Origin: Clostridiales bacterium
GTDB taxonomy: Bacteria > Bacillota > Clostridia > Christensenellales > Pumilibacteraceae
Assembly (NCBI GenBank): GCA_022511445.1
Contig: JAFLVE010000012.1
Location: 26,514 to 90,513 of the forward strand
DNA length: 64,000 nt
Direction: 5' to 3'
Shown: one piece after another, positions 19,960 through 29,152 of the stretch
Position numbering within the stretch: position 1 is the stretch's first letter
Layout of the letters: every line of letters starts with the position of its first letter
Position numbers and translations under genes: made by a program
The notes under the pieces: generated by a model
What the model was told of the DNA's origin: nothing
Seen by the model: only the letters and a program-made list of their open reading frames with translations
The model's database searches: none

Positions 19960-19977
19960 GTTTTTAGGAGGCCCATT

Positions 19978-20307
19978 ATGGCAAGATTCGGCGGCTACGG
20001 CGGTGGCGGCGGCATGAATATGCAGCAAATGATGAAGCAGGCGCAAAAAATTCAAGAGCAAATGGCTAAGGCCAAAGAGGAGCTCGAAAATGCGCGCGTT
20101 ACCGGCTCGGCGGGCGGCGGTGCGGTTACCGTCACCGTTTCGGGTACAAAACGTTTCCTGTCCGTAAAAATCAATCCCGACGTTGTCGACCCCGACGACG
20201 TGGAAATGCTCGAGGACCTTATCACCGCGGCGGCTAACGAGGCGTACGCTCAGGCGGACGAGCTTCTTAAGGGTAGCCCGCTCTCTCAACTCGGCGGCGT
20301 GATTTAA
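19978..20307 (+). CDS. ybaB: YbaB/EbfC nucleoid-associated protein
   Basis: Typical [20 protein letters not shown]...VTVTVSG...INP sequence. Conserved position directly upstream of recR. Confidence 0.9.
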   Translation: MARFGGYGGGGGMNMQQMMKQAQKIQEQMAKAKEELENARVTGSAGGGAVTVTVSGTKRFLSVKINPDVVDPDDVEMLEDLITAAANEAYAQADELLKGSPLSQLGGVI

Positions 20308-20891
20308 TGAAGGAAATTCGCAGTATCGCCGCGCTCGCCGGCAGGTTTTCCGCGCTCCCCGGCGTCGGGAAAAAGACCGCGCTGCGGTATGCCTACGCCG
20401 TTATCGATATGACGGAAGAGGAGGTCGAGGCGTTTTGCACCGCACTCCGCGACGTTAAAAGCAGCGTAAGACTGTGCTCTGTGTGCGGCAACTTCACCGA
20501 CGGCGAGGTTTGCGATATCTGCAAAACAAGAAAAGCCGACAAGATTTGCGTCGTTGCTTATCCCAAGGACGTCGACGCTATCGAAAAGTCGGGTGCGTTC
20601 GACGGTGTGTACCACGTCCTTCACGGCACGCTGTCGCCAATGGACAACCGCACCCCAGACGACCTTAATATTAAACCGCTCATGGCGCGGCTAAGCAACG
20701 CAAGCGAGGTCATAATCGCAACCAATCCCGACGTGGAGGGTGAGGCGACCGCGGTGTATCTCGCAAGGCTCATTAAGCCGCTCGGAATCCCCGTAACAAG
20801 AATAGCGCAGGGCATCTCGATGGGCTCCGAACTCGAGTATGCCGACGCGGTAACCATCTCGCAAGCACTCGGTCGCAGAACGGCACTGTAA
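20307..20891 (+). CDS. recR: recombination protein RecR
   Basis: The C4 zinc finger CSVCGNFTDGEVCDIC and the Toprim region are unmistakable. ATGA-type overlap with ybaB. Confidence 0.95.
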   Translation: MKEIRSIAALAGRFSALPGVGKKTALRYAYAVIDMTEEEVEAFCTALRDVKSSVRLCSVCGNFTDGEVCDICKTRKADKICVVAYPKDVDAIEKSGAFDGVYHVLHGTLSPMDNRTPDDLNIKPLMARLSNASEVIIATNPDVEGEATAVYLARLIKPLGIPVTRIAQGISMGSELEYADAVTISQALGRRTAL

Positions 20892-20917
20892 AAATACATA
20901 TTTGCCCGCGTAATTAT

Positions 20918-20946
20918 TTGCAATTTTTCCCGCTTTGTGCTATAAT
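20918..20946 (+). promoter_or_regulatory. sigma-A-type promoter (TTGCAA-17-TGcTATAAT), probably for the tRNA locus
   Basis: Near-consensus extended -10 promoter, ~90 nt upstream of the truncated tRNA copy. Confidence 0.55.
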
Positions 20947-21035
20947 CCTTTTTGTCGCGGCAGATAGGAACGACCCTACGGGTCGCGGCGGTTCTTCTCA
21001 CCGCCGACCCCAACAACTTAATATCTTGACAGTTT

Positions 21036-21071
21036 GCTACTGTGGCTCAGTCGGACCAGCTGATTCGTAAT
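21036..21071 (+). pseudogene. truncated duplicate of the 5' half of tRNA-Thr
   Basis: gctactgtggctcagtcgga-ccagctgattcgtaat matches nt 1-39 of the intact tRNA at 21208 with a 3-nt gap, then diverges. No T-arm or acceptor 3' strand is present. Confidence 0.6.
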
Positions 21072-21195
21072 TAAATGGTCGAACGGTCGCAGATAGATGA
21101 AATACCTTAAAACCCTATGCTTTCGGTGATTTTCACGGGGTAGCGAGGAAAACAAAAAAGGCGTTGTAAAAAAATTGTAAAAAACACCGAACAAA

Positions 21196-21462
21196 TTAAC
21201 AAAATATGCTACTGTGGCTCAGTCGGTAGAGCAGCTGATTCGTAATCAGCAGGTCGGCGGTTCGAGTCCGCCCAGTAGCTCCAAACGGCATATAAGGGCG
21301 CATCTTGCGCCCTTTTTGCGTGCCTTGCGCTCGGTCCTCGATTCTCGATACGGAGCCGCGGCATACATATACGGCATACAATTCGAGTTTGTCGGGAAGT
21401 TTTTGCCGGCTCATTTTCAGTTTTTTGCGGAGCTTTGCGACATTTTCCCCGATGAGATTCAT
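21196..21462 (-). pseudogene. remnant of an XRE-family HTH regulator that runs into the tRNA
   Basis: The N-terminus MNLIGENVAKLRKKLKMSRQKL...SVSRIE looks like an XRE helix-turn-helix. The C-terminal third is simply the antisense translation of the tRNA, and no ribosome-binding site is seen. Confidence 0.35.
21208..21283 (+). tRNA. tRNA-Thr (anticodon CGU)
   Basis: I folded the cloverleaf manually. It has a 7-bp acceptor stem, a D-arm gctc/gagc, an anticodon stem gctga/tcagc with loop ttCGTaa, a T-arm ggcgg/ccgcc, and an encoded CCA. Confidence 0.9.
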
Positions 21463-21812
21463 TTTGTTTCCGTCGATTATTCGTGCCGTTTTTTCTCCTT
21501 ATATTAATAAATTGTCTTGACATAGGACAAACACTGATACTTTGCGTTGTACGTTAATATACTTAAGGACTTCAATACGGCTTTGGGTCTGTCCGATTAC
21601 GTATATCAATCTATGATAAAAACCACGGCGATTCAGGAAACCAAACCGCTACGGCAAACGGAATAACCGTGTCGTGAACATACCATCCCAATAAAGGACT
21701 TGAAGCAATGTATATTTTAAGCAATTAGTTTGAAAGTGCATTCTCAATCTTATTAGTAAACTCCTGCTTATCGGCGGGGGTTTTGTTTTTCGTGCGGTAA
21801 GGTTATATTGTA

Positions 21813-21841
21813 TTGACAAAGGCGGGTGCAAATGATACACT
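21813..21841 (+). promoter_or_regulatory. sigma-A-type promoter (TTGACA-17-TACACT)
   Basis: Consensus -35 with 17-nt spacing, upstream of the LRR gene. Confidence 0.45.
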
Positions 21842-21867
21842 TTAACGGTAGATAGAAATGCTCGGAG

Positions 21868-22389
21868 GTGAGTATTGTGAACGTGTCCGAAGGATTGATA
21901 ATAATTAAGGGCGTGCTTTGCGATATAGGCAAGTGCACCGACGTGAATATAGTCGTTCCGCACGGCGTTCTTTCCATCGGTCCGAAGGCGTTTTCCGGCT
22001 GTAAAAGAATTAAAAACATGGCGATTCCCGCGACGGTTTCAGACATCGGCGCGGAGGCGTTTAAAAATTGCGTAAACCTCGAAAGCCTTACTATCTATAA
22101 ACCCGAGGACATGCTTGAAAAGACCGCTAAAGATATAACGCCCGAGGAGTCGGGAGCGCCGTCCAAGGAGACGAAGACTGTGAATATTCCGCTCGGCACA
22201 AAGGCAATCGGGCAGTATACCTTTTACGGATGCAAAAAAATAAAAGTTGTCGTTATCCCCGAAAGCGTAAAGTATATAGATAACTTTGCGTTCACCGGGT
22301 GTAAGTCGCTTAAGGTTGCCGCCGTGCCCAAAAACACAAGCGTGTACGGTCGCGCTTTTGACAGCAGCGTAAAAATAATGTACGTGTAA
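21868..22389 (+). CDS. BspA-type leucine-rich-repeat protein
   Basis: Repeated I(P/G)..V..IG..AF..C..L motifs. The true start may be GTG at 21877, which lies 8 nt after a GGAGG. Confidence 0.7.
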   Translation: MSIVNVSEGLIIIKGVLCDIGKCTDVNIVVPHGVLSIGPKAFSGCKRIKNMAIPATVSDIGAEAFKNCVNLESLTIYKPEDMLEKTAKDITPEESGAPSKETKTVNIPLGTKAIGQYTFYGCKKIKVVVIPESVKYIDNFAFTGCKSLKVAAVPKNTSVYGRAFDSSVKIMYV

Positions 22390-22414
22390 GCAGTTCGATA
22401 CGGAGAGGTTTATT

Positions 22415-22648
22415 ATGAACGAGAGAGACGCGGTTTTGTTGCTTCGAGAGGACAGGTACCCGAGCGGAGCGAATTATCCCACGACCCACAGCGAATATAA
22501 GTGCCCCTGCGGGCGCGGCAAGATAGTAGAGGAGCGCGTCGTCGGGTTTAACGATTATTACGTCACTATCGAGTGCGAGGCTTGTAAGGACAAGTACGAT
22601 ATTATATACGGCTGCGGGCATCTTTGGGAGACGCGCGAAAAACGCTAA
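22415..22648 (+). CDS. small zinc-ribbon protein
   Basis: Cysteine pairs CPCG...CEAC. GGAGAGG ribosome-binding site upstream. Confidence 0.55.
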   Translation: MNERDAVLLLREDRYPSGANYPTTHSEYKCPCGRGKIVEERVVGFNDYYVTIECEACKDKYDIIYGCGHLWETREKR

Positions 22649-22660
22649 CGGCGGGGTTTT

Positions 22661-23470
22661 ATGATAGTATCCGATATGCACACACATTCCACCTTCTCGA
22701 CGGACGGCCGCGCGCCGCTCGACGAGATGATTTCGACAGGGAAAAATCTCGGGCTTAAATACTACGGCGTGACCGAGCATTTCGACCTCGACGAATACTC
22801 GATTAAGCTGTACGGCACGATCGACGAGGCGGCGTACTTTGCCCGCGCGCGGGAATTGCAGAAAAGATACAATTCCGATAGGTTTACTTTCCTTGCCGGC
22901 GGCGAGTTTAATTACGTTACGGACGAGGCGGTTTTCGAAAAGTTTATTCGCGTTTCGGAGACGTACCGCCCCGACTTTGTCGTTAACAGCGTTCACATAG
23001 TGGACGGCGAAGAGTGCTACCGTCACGAATACTTTGCGGGCAAGAGCAAGCATTACGCTTATTCGCGCTATCTCGAGCAGGTGTTAAAAAGCCTTGACGC
23101 GCCCTATAAATTCGACATCGTCGGGCATTTGGGCTACGTCTCGCGCAATGCGCCGTACGAGGATAAAAAGATTAACTACGCCGATTTCTCCGACCTGTAC
23201 GACGCTATACTGAAAAAGCTTATCGATAAGAATATTATTCTCGAGGTGAACAGCCAGTCGCGCGGCGCCGGCAGCGACTTCTTGCCCGATACCGACGTTC
23301 TGCGGCGCTACTTCGAGCTCGGCGGTCGGGCGATTTCGTTCGGCTCCGACGCGCACTTTCCCTCGCGCGTCGCCGAAAAACGCGACACCGTGTGCGCCGC
23401 GCTTAAAGGTTTGGGTTTTACATATATTACCGTTCCCGATAAAGGGAAGCGTATTGCGGTGGATATTTAA
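22661..23470 (+). CDS. PHP-family histidinol-phosphatase-like hydrolase (HisJ type)
   Basis: DMHTHSTFSTDG N-terminal PHP motif, and a GSDAH motif near the C-terminus. Confidence 0.8.
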   Translation: MIVSDMHTHSTFSTDGRAPLDEMISTGKNLGLKYYGVTEHFDLDEYSIKLYGTIDEAAYFARARELQKRYNSDRFTFLAGGEFNYVTDEAVFEKFIRVSETYRPDFVVNSVHIVDGEECYRHEYFAGKSKHYAYSRYLEQVLKSLDAPYKFDIVGHLGYVSRNAPYEDKKINYADFSDLYDAILKKLIDKNIILEVNSQSRGAGSDFLPDTDVLRRYFELGGRAISFGSDAHFPSRVAEKRDTVCAALKGLGFTYITVPDKGKRIAVDI

Positions 23471-23616
23471 GCGCCGCAATACAATTGTGATGTTTTCGAT
23501 TTTCTTTCGCAAACACCTTTAGTTGTATTCGCCTATCGGCGGGAGATATATCGCTTCGCGATGTGCAAGGTAAATATGAAGTGTATTGGGCTTTACGACG
23601 GCTCGGATAATTAGGG

Positions 23617-23645
23617 TTGACTGATTTTAAAAAGTTTGGTATAAT
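23617..23645 (+). promoter_or_regulatory. sigma-A-type promoter (TTGACT-17-TGgTATAAT)
   Basis: Near-consensus extended -10 promoter upstream of the CotH-like gene. Confidence 0.55.
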
Positions 23646-23679
23646 TATTATATCTATTATATTCGTAGGGGGGTGAAAC

Positions 23680-25623
23680 GTGAAAAAGCCGATTTGGATT
23701 TCTTCCGTCGTTTTGGCGGTGCTGTCGTGTTTGATTTTTGTTTTTGCGTTCGGGTGCACCGAGGCGGGAAACAGCGACGGTAACGGAGAAACAAAGACTT
23801 ACACCGTTACCTTTGTAACGGGCGTGGATTCTCTTGCCTTCGAGTCGATTACGGCTACGGCGGGCGAGACGATAACGCTCCCGAGCGATCTCACTCGCGA
23901 CGGGTACCGATTCGGCGGATGGAAGGACGGCGACGTTCCGTTTACCTCGAACGTTATGCCCGAAAAAGACCTTACGCTTACCGCGGTTTGGATAAAGCTT
24001 TACACCGTCGCATTCGTAACGGGTGTGGACGGCACGTCCTACGATTCGATTACAGCCGCGGCGGGCGAGACGATAACGCTCCCGAACGATCTCACTCGCG
24101 ACGGGTACCGATTCGGCGGATGGAAGGACGGCGACGTTCCGTTTACTTCGAGCGTTATGCCCGAAAAAGACCTTACGCTTACCGTGGCGTGGATAAAGCT
24201 CTACACAGTCACGTTTAACAGCGGCGTGTCGGGCGTATCCATTCCCAAAGCCGCTTATGCGGCGGGCGAGGCCGTTACGAAACCTACCGCAAACCGTGCG
24301 GGCTATATCGTATTGAAATGGCTGCTCGACGGCGAGCCGTTCGACTTCAAGGCGATGCCCGAGCGGGATATAACGCTTAAAGCGACTTGGCTTGCGGTTA
24401 CCAACCTTCCCGCGGTGGTTGTCGATCTGTTCGACAAAAACGGGAACACCGTGCCGCTCGGCAAGGTTACGCGCGAGGCGTACGTCGACAGCGTTATTAC
24501 GCTTACGAACACCGAGGATAAATACGTGCTCGATTCGCTCAAATCGAGCTTTAAAGGGCGCGGCAACGGGTCGTGGAACGAAGGCGACAAAAAGGGTTAT
24601 AAGATTAAGTTTGACAAAAAGCAGTCTGTTTTCGGCAGGGAGAAAAACAAGCACTGGGTGCTTATCGCATGCAACAATTTTGACGATATAACCATGAGCC
24701 GAAACTACCTCGCTTACAATATGGCCGGCGAGGTGTTCGACGGTATAGAATACACCACTCCGGCGTATTGGGTCGATTTAACGGTAAACGGCGAGTACCG
24801 CGGCGTGTACCTGCTTTGCGAGCACGTTCGCGTGGATAAGGGAAGAGTGGATATCGAGTCCGAGTACGGCGTAGACGATACCGGTTATCTTATCGAGTAC
24901 GACGCATACGCAGGCGGTGAAGAGGGCGTTGACTTCTTCCGTATAAGCGGCGTTAAATACGGCTTTACCGTCCATTCCCCCGACCCCGAAGACGGCAAGT
25001 ACGAAGCCGAGGGCGGAATAACCAAAGAGCGGTTTAAGCAGCAGGTCGCATACATAAAGAATTACATCTCGCGCGTTTACTCTGCGGCGCTCTCCGGCGA
25101 TTATGCAACCTTTTCGAGCCTTGTCGACGTCGACTCGTTTGTCGATATGTATGTTCTTCACGAGCTGTTCAAAAACGTCGACACGGGTTACAGCTCCTTC
25201 TATCTGTACAAAAAGCCGGGCGGGTTGTTGTACGCAGGTCCCGCCTGGGATTTTGACGCGACGACAAGCGGCGCCACCGACCGCGGCGACAGAAGCCCGC
25301 AGGGAATTTACGTTGCGGACGCCGTGCGTTCCGGCTCTAACTACACCGCAAGCGAGCTGTTTATTTCGCTTTATAAAACGTCCGGCTTCCTGAACGCAGT
25401 CAAAGCGCGCTGGAAAGTCCTCTCTCCCAAAATCCGTACCTTCCTCGACCAAAGGCTTAACGATGCCGTGTACGAGGAGAATAAAGCGGCCATGGGCAAA
25501 AACTTTGCCAAATGGAAATATAAAACCCAAGCGGCGGCGGAGCGCGATTGGCTAAACGATATTAAGGCGTTAAAGCAGTGGCTCCTCGACAGAATAACCT
25601 GGCTCAACTCCGCCTGGGCGTAG
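23680..25623 (+). CDS. secreted CotH-kinase-family protein with three Listeria-Bacteroides (Flg_new) repeats
   Basis: GTG start after a GGGGGG ribosome-binding site, and a signal peptide. Three repeats of the DGYRFGGWKDG type. CotH-like core KHWVLIACNNFDDITMSRNYLAY...YRGVYLLCEHVRVDKGRVDI. Confidence 0.8.
   Translation: MKKPIWISSVVLAVLSCLIFVFAFGCTEAGNSDGNGETKTYTVTFVTGVDSLAFESITATAGETITLPSDLTRDGYRFGGWKDGDVPFTSNVMPEKDLTLTAVWIKLYTVAFVTGVDGTSYDSITAAAGETITLPNDLTRDGYRFGGWKDGDVPFTSSVMPEKDLTLTVAWIKLYTVTFNSGVSGVSIPKAAYAAGEAVTKPTANRAGYIVLKWLLDGEPFDFKAMPERDITLKATWLAVTNLPAVVVDLFDKNGNTVPLGKVTREAYVDSVITLTNTEDKYVLDSLKSSFKGRGNGSWNEGDKKGYKIKFDKKQSVFGREKNKHWVLIACNNFDDITMSRNYLAYNMAGEVFDGIEYTTPAYWVDLTVNGEYRGVYLLCEHVRVDKGRVDIESEYGVDDTGYLIEYDAYAGGEEGVDFFRISGVKYGFTVHSPDPEDGKYEAEGGITKERFKQQVAYIKNYISRVYSAALSGDYATFSSLVDVDSFVDMYVLHELFKNVDTGYSSFYLYKKPGGLLYAGPAWDFDATTSGATDRGDRSPQGIYVADAVRSGSNYTASELFISLYKTSGFLNAVKARWKVLSPKIRTFLDQRLNDAVYEENKAAMGKNFAKWKYKTQAAAERDWLNDIKALKQWLLDRITWLNSAWA
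23800..24201 (+). repeat. two near-identical 201-bp tandem repeats inside the CotH-like gene (third degenerate unit to ~24400)
   Basis: Units 23800-24000 and 24001-24201 share long identical runs (ggcgagacgataacgctcccg...ggatggaaggacggcgacgttccgttta...). Confidence 0.85.
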
Positions 25624-25646
25624 ACTGCCAAAAAACAAAAATTCTA

Positions 25647-25675
25647 TTGACATCGCGGCATAATTATGCTATAAT
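25647..25675 (+). promoter_or_regulatory. toxin-antitoxin promoter (TTGACA-17-TATAAT) with direct repeat ATAATTATG x2
   Basis: Consensus hexamers. gcATAATTATGctATAATTATGt overlaps the -10 and is a probable autoregulatory operator. Confidence 0.55.
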
Positions 25676-25714
25676 TATGTATAGAATAATTAAAGCAAGT
25701 CACGGAGGTGCGAT

Positions 25715-25975
25715 ATGCCGCAAATAATTCCTATCAGAGATTTGAGAGATACGACTAAGCTGTCCGAAATGTGTCACACAACCGACGAGCCTATTTTCGT
25801 CACCAAAAACGGTTACGGCGATATGGTTGTTATGAGCATGGAATCTTATGAAAAGCGCCTTGCGCAAATCGATATTTATACAAAAATCATGGATGCGAAA
25901 GCGCAGGCGGATAAAGGCGAGCTGTCGGACGGTCCCGTCACCCTTAAAAAACTGAGAGATAAATATGGTAAGTAA
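25715..25975 (+). CDS. Phd/YefM-family type II antitoxin
   Basis: IIPIRDLRDTTKLSEM...EPIFVTKNGYGDMVVMSMESYE is the typical Phd N-terminal fold sequence. It overlaps the downstream toxin gene by 11 nt. Confidence 0.8.
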   Translation: MPQIIPIRDLRDTTKLSEMCHTTDEPIFVTKNGYGDMVVMSMESYEKRLAQIDIYTKIMDAKAQADKGELSDGPVTLKKLRDKYGK

Positions 25976-26288
25976 GTACGGCTACCGATTTACGCCGCTT
26001 GCCGAGAGCGACATCGACTCGGCGCTTACATATATATCCGTAACGCTTTGTAACGGTCAAGCCGCAGGTAAATTACTTTCGGATATTGAAAGCATTATAA
26101 CAACGATTTGCGAGTTTCCGTATTCCGCCGCCGACTGCAAGTGCTTTCTTGTGCAGGACGAAAAAATCAGGCACGTTTCAGTTGATAACTATATTTTGAT
26201 TTACGAAATTCGAGAGGAAGAAAAAACGTTGAATATTCTGCGCTTTCTCTATTCGAGAATGGATTTAACAAAGCTCGATATTAAATAA
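25965..26288 (+). CDS. ParE/RelE-family type II toxin
   Basis: YRFTPLAESDIDSALTYI...YILIYEIREEEKTLNILRFLYSRMD is a typical ParE pattern. Confidence 0.8.
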   Translation: MVSKYGYRFTPLAESDIDSALTYISVTLCNGQAAGKLLSDIESIITTICEFPYSAADCKCFLVQDEKIRHVSVDNYILIYEIREEEKTLNILRFLYSRMDLTKLDIK

Positions 26289-26299
26289 ACGGTAAATAA

Positions 26300-26333
26300 A
26301 ACGCCCGAGGTTTTTTTCTCGGGCGTTGTTTTC
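26300..26333 (+). terminator. intrinsic terminator after the toxin-antitoxin pair
   Basis: AACGCCCGAGgtttttttCTCGGGCGTTgtttt. Confidence 0.7.
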
Positions 26334-26505
26334 AATCTACTTCCAAATTGTCCGAACGGAATAGGTCGTCGTCCAGAAATTCGAATATCGTCATATCAAA
26401 TCCTCGTATATAACTTTTTTCTTTAATTTTTTAATGTTGACATAATGCTGTCAGTAATACGGTGTTACACTGCGCTCGATAATAAATGTGCGCGAGGAGG
26501 GCGGT

Positions 26506-26952
26506 ATGACACGCAGCGAGAAAAACGCGATATCGGATATTATAAGGATATACCCCTATATTTACGGGTTGCAGGATAAAATTGACAAGGAGACGGAGCG
26601 GATTTTAAGCGATAAGAGCATGCCGACGAAAACGGTTATCGGCAAGCTTAAGGATATAGAAAACCGCAGAATCGACTTGTGCAATCTCAAGGTGCTTTAC
26701 GGGATAATAGAGCGGGGGCTGGGAGAGGAGTTTTCCGTGCTGAAGCTGTGCGCTAAAGAGCGGCTCGACTGCACGCTTTTTCCGCGCGCCGAAAAGTATA
26801 TAAAATCGGTTGGGTACGATTGCAAACGGGTTATTAAAGAATTTAAGTATTTGTTCAATAAGCTGTCGACTCCGCGTGCAAAAAAGAGCGCCGAGCTGAA
26901 TAATATCGATTATTCCTCCGGCGCGGAAGTTACGGTGGCGGCGCACGTTTAG
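26506..26952 (+). CDS. hypothetical protein (possibly a phage late-gene regulator)
   Basis: ATG at 26506 follows a GAGGAGGG ribosome-binding site. It lies just before the packaging module. No family is recognised. Confidence 0.5.
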   Translation: MTRSEKNAISDIIRIYPYIYGLQDKIDKETERILSDKSMPTKTVIGKLKDIENRRIDLCNLKVLYGIIERGLGEEFSVLKLCAKERLDCTLFPRAEKYIKSVGYDCKRVIKEFKYLFNKLSTPRAKKSAELNNIDYSSGAEVTVAAHV

Positions 26953-27608
26953 CCGCTGTCCTTCTCTTTGTTTTTAGGAGTTCTGAACAGATATAACATT
27001 ATAAACGGAACGGGAACGCAGAGCGCAACGATTAATATTATTACGGAAACGGGCGGCAAATCGCGCTCCGTTTCCTCGGGCAGGGCGTCCGTGGGTAAGT
27101 TGGGCGGCTCGTCCTCCTCTTTTTCTATAATGTTGACGGGAGTGGGGTCGACCGAGACGTGTGCGGTGTAGCAGTAACCGCGAACGCCGCCTACCTCGAC
27201 GTAGTACCATTTTTCGCCCGCGCCCGCAATAAGCTGTTCCCCGTCGATATAACCGTAGCATCTGCCGCTTTCTCCGTCGGGGAGGACGGAAATTATCGCG
27301 CCGCTTTTTTTGGGCGAGGCGCGGAGGTTAATCGGCTGGCCGTCGTTGTTCACTCGGAATTTAACCGTTTTTTCGAATTTGGTCACGGGGCGGAAGTCAA
27401 CCCGCTCGACGGAGCTTTCCAAAACGTACCCTGCGATGTCGTCGTACAATACCGCAACGTAGCCGCTCGGCGCGTTGCCGTCAGTCTGCACTACAAAGTA
27501 GCTTGCGGGAAGGGTAACCACCGGCTCGAGGTCGGCGTTATAAAGCATGGTGGGCGCGGGCATCAGGAAAAAGGTAAGCGCCGCAATAACGGAGTATACC
27601 GATAGCAT
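26949..27608 (-). CDS. SH3b-domain membrane protein
   Basis: N-terminal signal or anchor sequence. Two SH3-like segments (...WYYVEVGGVRGYCYTAHV). C-terminal TM helix VSVIILIVALCVPVPFIMLYLF. Confidence 0.65.
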   Translation of the reverse strand: MLSVYSVIAALTFFLMPAPTMLYNADLEPVVTLPASYFVVQTDGNAPSGYVAVLYDDIAGYVLESSVERVDFRPVTKFEKTVKFRVNNDGQPINLRASPKKSGAIISVLPDGESGRCYGYIDGEQLIAGAGEKWYYVEVGGVRGYCYTAHVSVDPTPVNIIEKEEDEPPNLPTDALPEETERDLPPVSVIILIVALCVPVPFIMLYLFRTPKNKEKDSG

Positions 27609-27735
27609 GATATAAATTGTACAGCATGCTTGCGGGCTTAATTTGCATTTGTGTGTCGAATAGCAATTGTTTTTGGTTTTTCGGGTTTTTTGTGCCGCGG
27701 GAAAACGCCGAGAGATCTATTTGCTCGGAGGGGAG

Positions 27736-29151
27736 ATGTACGAGAAGGTTAAAAAAATACTCAAGATAGAAAAGGAAAAGGCGCGGCGGTACAAAAACGG
27801 CGCGCTGTCTCGGTACAACACGACTAAGGTCCACCGCAAGCAGATGGAGTTTCATAAATGCCAAAAGCGCAACCGCTGGGTGTTCGGCGGTAACCGCACA
27901 GGCAAAACGGAGTGCGGCGCGGTGGAAACAGTATGGCTTGCGCGCGGCATTCATCCGTACCGAGAGAACAAGCCGACCGACGGCTGGGTGGTAAGCCTTT
28001 CGCGGCGAGTTCAGCGCGAGGTGGCGCAAAAAAAGATTTTGCACTACCTCGACCCCGACTGGATTGCCGATATCGTGATGGACAGCGGCAAGGCCTCAAG
28101 TCCCGCGGGCGGGGTTATAGACTACATTGCCGTTAAAAACGTTTTCGGGTCGATAAGCACGATAGGGTTTAAGACGTGCGAGGCGGGACGGGATAAGTTT
28201 GCGGGCGCGTCGCTCGATTACGTTTGGTTTGACGAGGAGCCGCCCGAGGATATTTACGCCGAGTGCGCTATGCGCGTAGTCGACAAAAAGGGGCTTATAT
28301 ACGGCACGATGACCCCGCTATTAGGTCTCACCTTCGTTTACAACAAGATATACCTCAACTGTAACAACGACCCCGAAATCTGGCACATCTTTATGGAATG
28401 GGCGGACAACCCCTATCTCGACCCCGACGAGATAGCGCGGGCTTCCGCCGCAATGACGGACGGTGAGCGAGACGTTAGGCGTTACGGCAGATTTGTCGAC
28501 GCGCGCGGCGCGGTGTACAACGAGTTCGACGAGCGCGTGCACGTTATCCCGCCGTTTGATATTCCGCGTGATTGGCAGGACCGACTGTCCATTGACCCCG
28601 GGCTTAACAACCCGCTGTCCTGTCATTGGTACGCGGTCGACTTCGACGGAAACGTGTACGTGGTCGCGGAGCACTTCGAGGCGGGTAAGCCGGTCAAGTA
28701 CCACACCGACGCGATTAAGCGGATAAGCGCGGCGCTGTCCTGGCACACCGACGGCAAAGGCAGGGTAAACGCGCTTATAGACAGCGCGGCGTCGCAGCAC
28801 ACGCTTAACGCCGAAAAGTCGGTGGCGGAGCTGTTTTGCGAAAACGGCGTGCTCGTGGACACTCGGGTCAACAAGGATTTATTCAGCGGGATTAACAGGG
28901 TAAAGAGCTATCTTATGACGGACGGCAAGCCCCGCCTTTTTATCTTCGAGGGCTGTACCAATCTTATACGCGAGATAAAGGCGTACCGCTGGGGCGACGG
29001 CGACCGTCCCGTAAAAACGGACGACCACTGCCTCGACGAGCTGAGGTACTATCTTATGAGCAGACCCGCGCCCGCAAAAGCAGAGCCGCAAAAAAGCGAT
29101 ATCGCGCTCGACAAAGAGAGGCTTATCCGCCGCAGAAAAATAGGGAGATAA
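27736..29151 (+). CDS. terL: terminase large subunit
   Basis: Walker A GGNRTGKTE, Walker B LDYVWFDEEP and a C-terminal nuclease-like half. ATG at 27736 follows GGAGGGGAG. Confidence 0.85.
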   Translation: MYEKVKKILKIEKEKARRYKNGALSRYNTTKVHRKQMEFHKCQKRNRWVFGGNRTGKTECGAVETVWLARGIHPYRENKPTDGWVVSLSRRVQREVAQKKILHYLDPDWIADIVMDSGKASSPAGGVIDYIAVKNVFGSISTIGFKTCEAGRDKFAGASLDYVWFDEEPPEDIYAECAMRVVDKKGLIYGTMTPLLGLTFVYNKIYLNCNNDPEIWHIFMEWADNPYLDPDEIARASAAMTDGERDVRRYGRFVDARGAVYNEFDERVHVIPPFDIPRDWQDRLSIDPGLNNPLSCHWYAVDFDGNVYVVAEHFEAGKPVKYHTDAIKRISAALSWHTDGKGRVNALIDSAASQHTLNAEKSVAELFCENGVLVDTRVNKDLFSGINRVKSYLMTDGKPRLFIFEGCTNLIREIKAYRWGDGDRPVKTDDHCLDELRYYLMSRPAPAKAEPQKSDIALDKERLIRRRKIGR

Positions 29152-29152
29152 A

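Noticed and set aside
21036-21071. Possible second tRNA gene
   Set aside because: Only the acceptor 5' strand, a shortened D-arm and the anticodon arm are present. There is no T-arm or 3' acceptor strand, so I called it a truncated copy.
26337-26399. 20-codon minus-strand micro-ORF (MTIFEFLDDDLFRSDNLEVD) with a weak AGGA upstream, between the toxin-antitoxin terminator and the next gene
   Set aside because: It is too short to support from sequence alone and I cannot assess conservation. I noted it only in case ribosome-profiling data exist.
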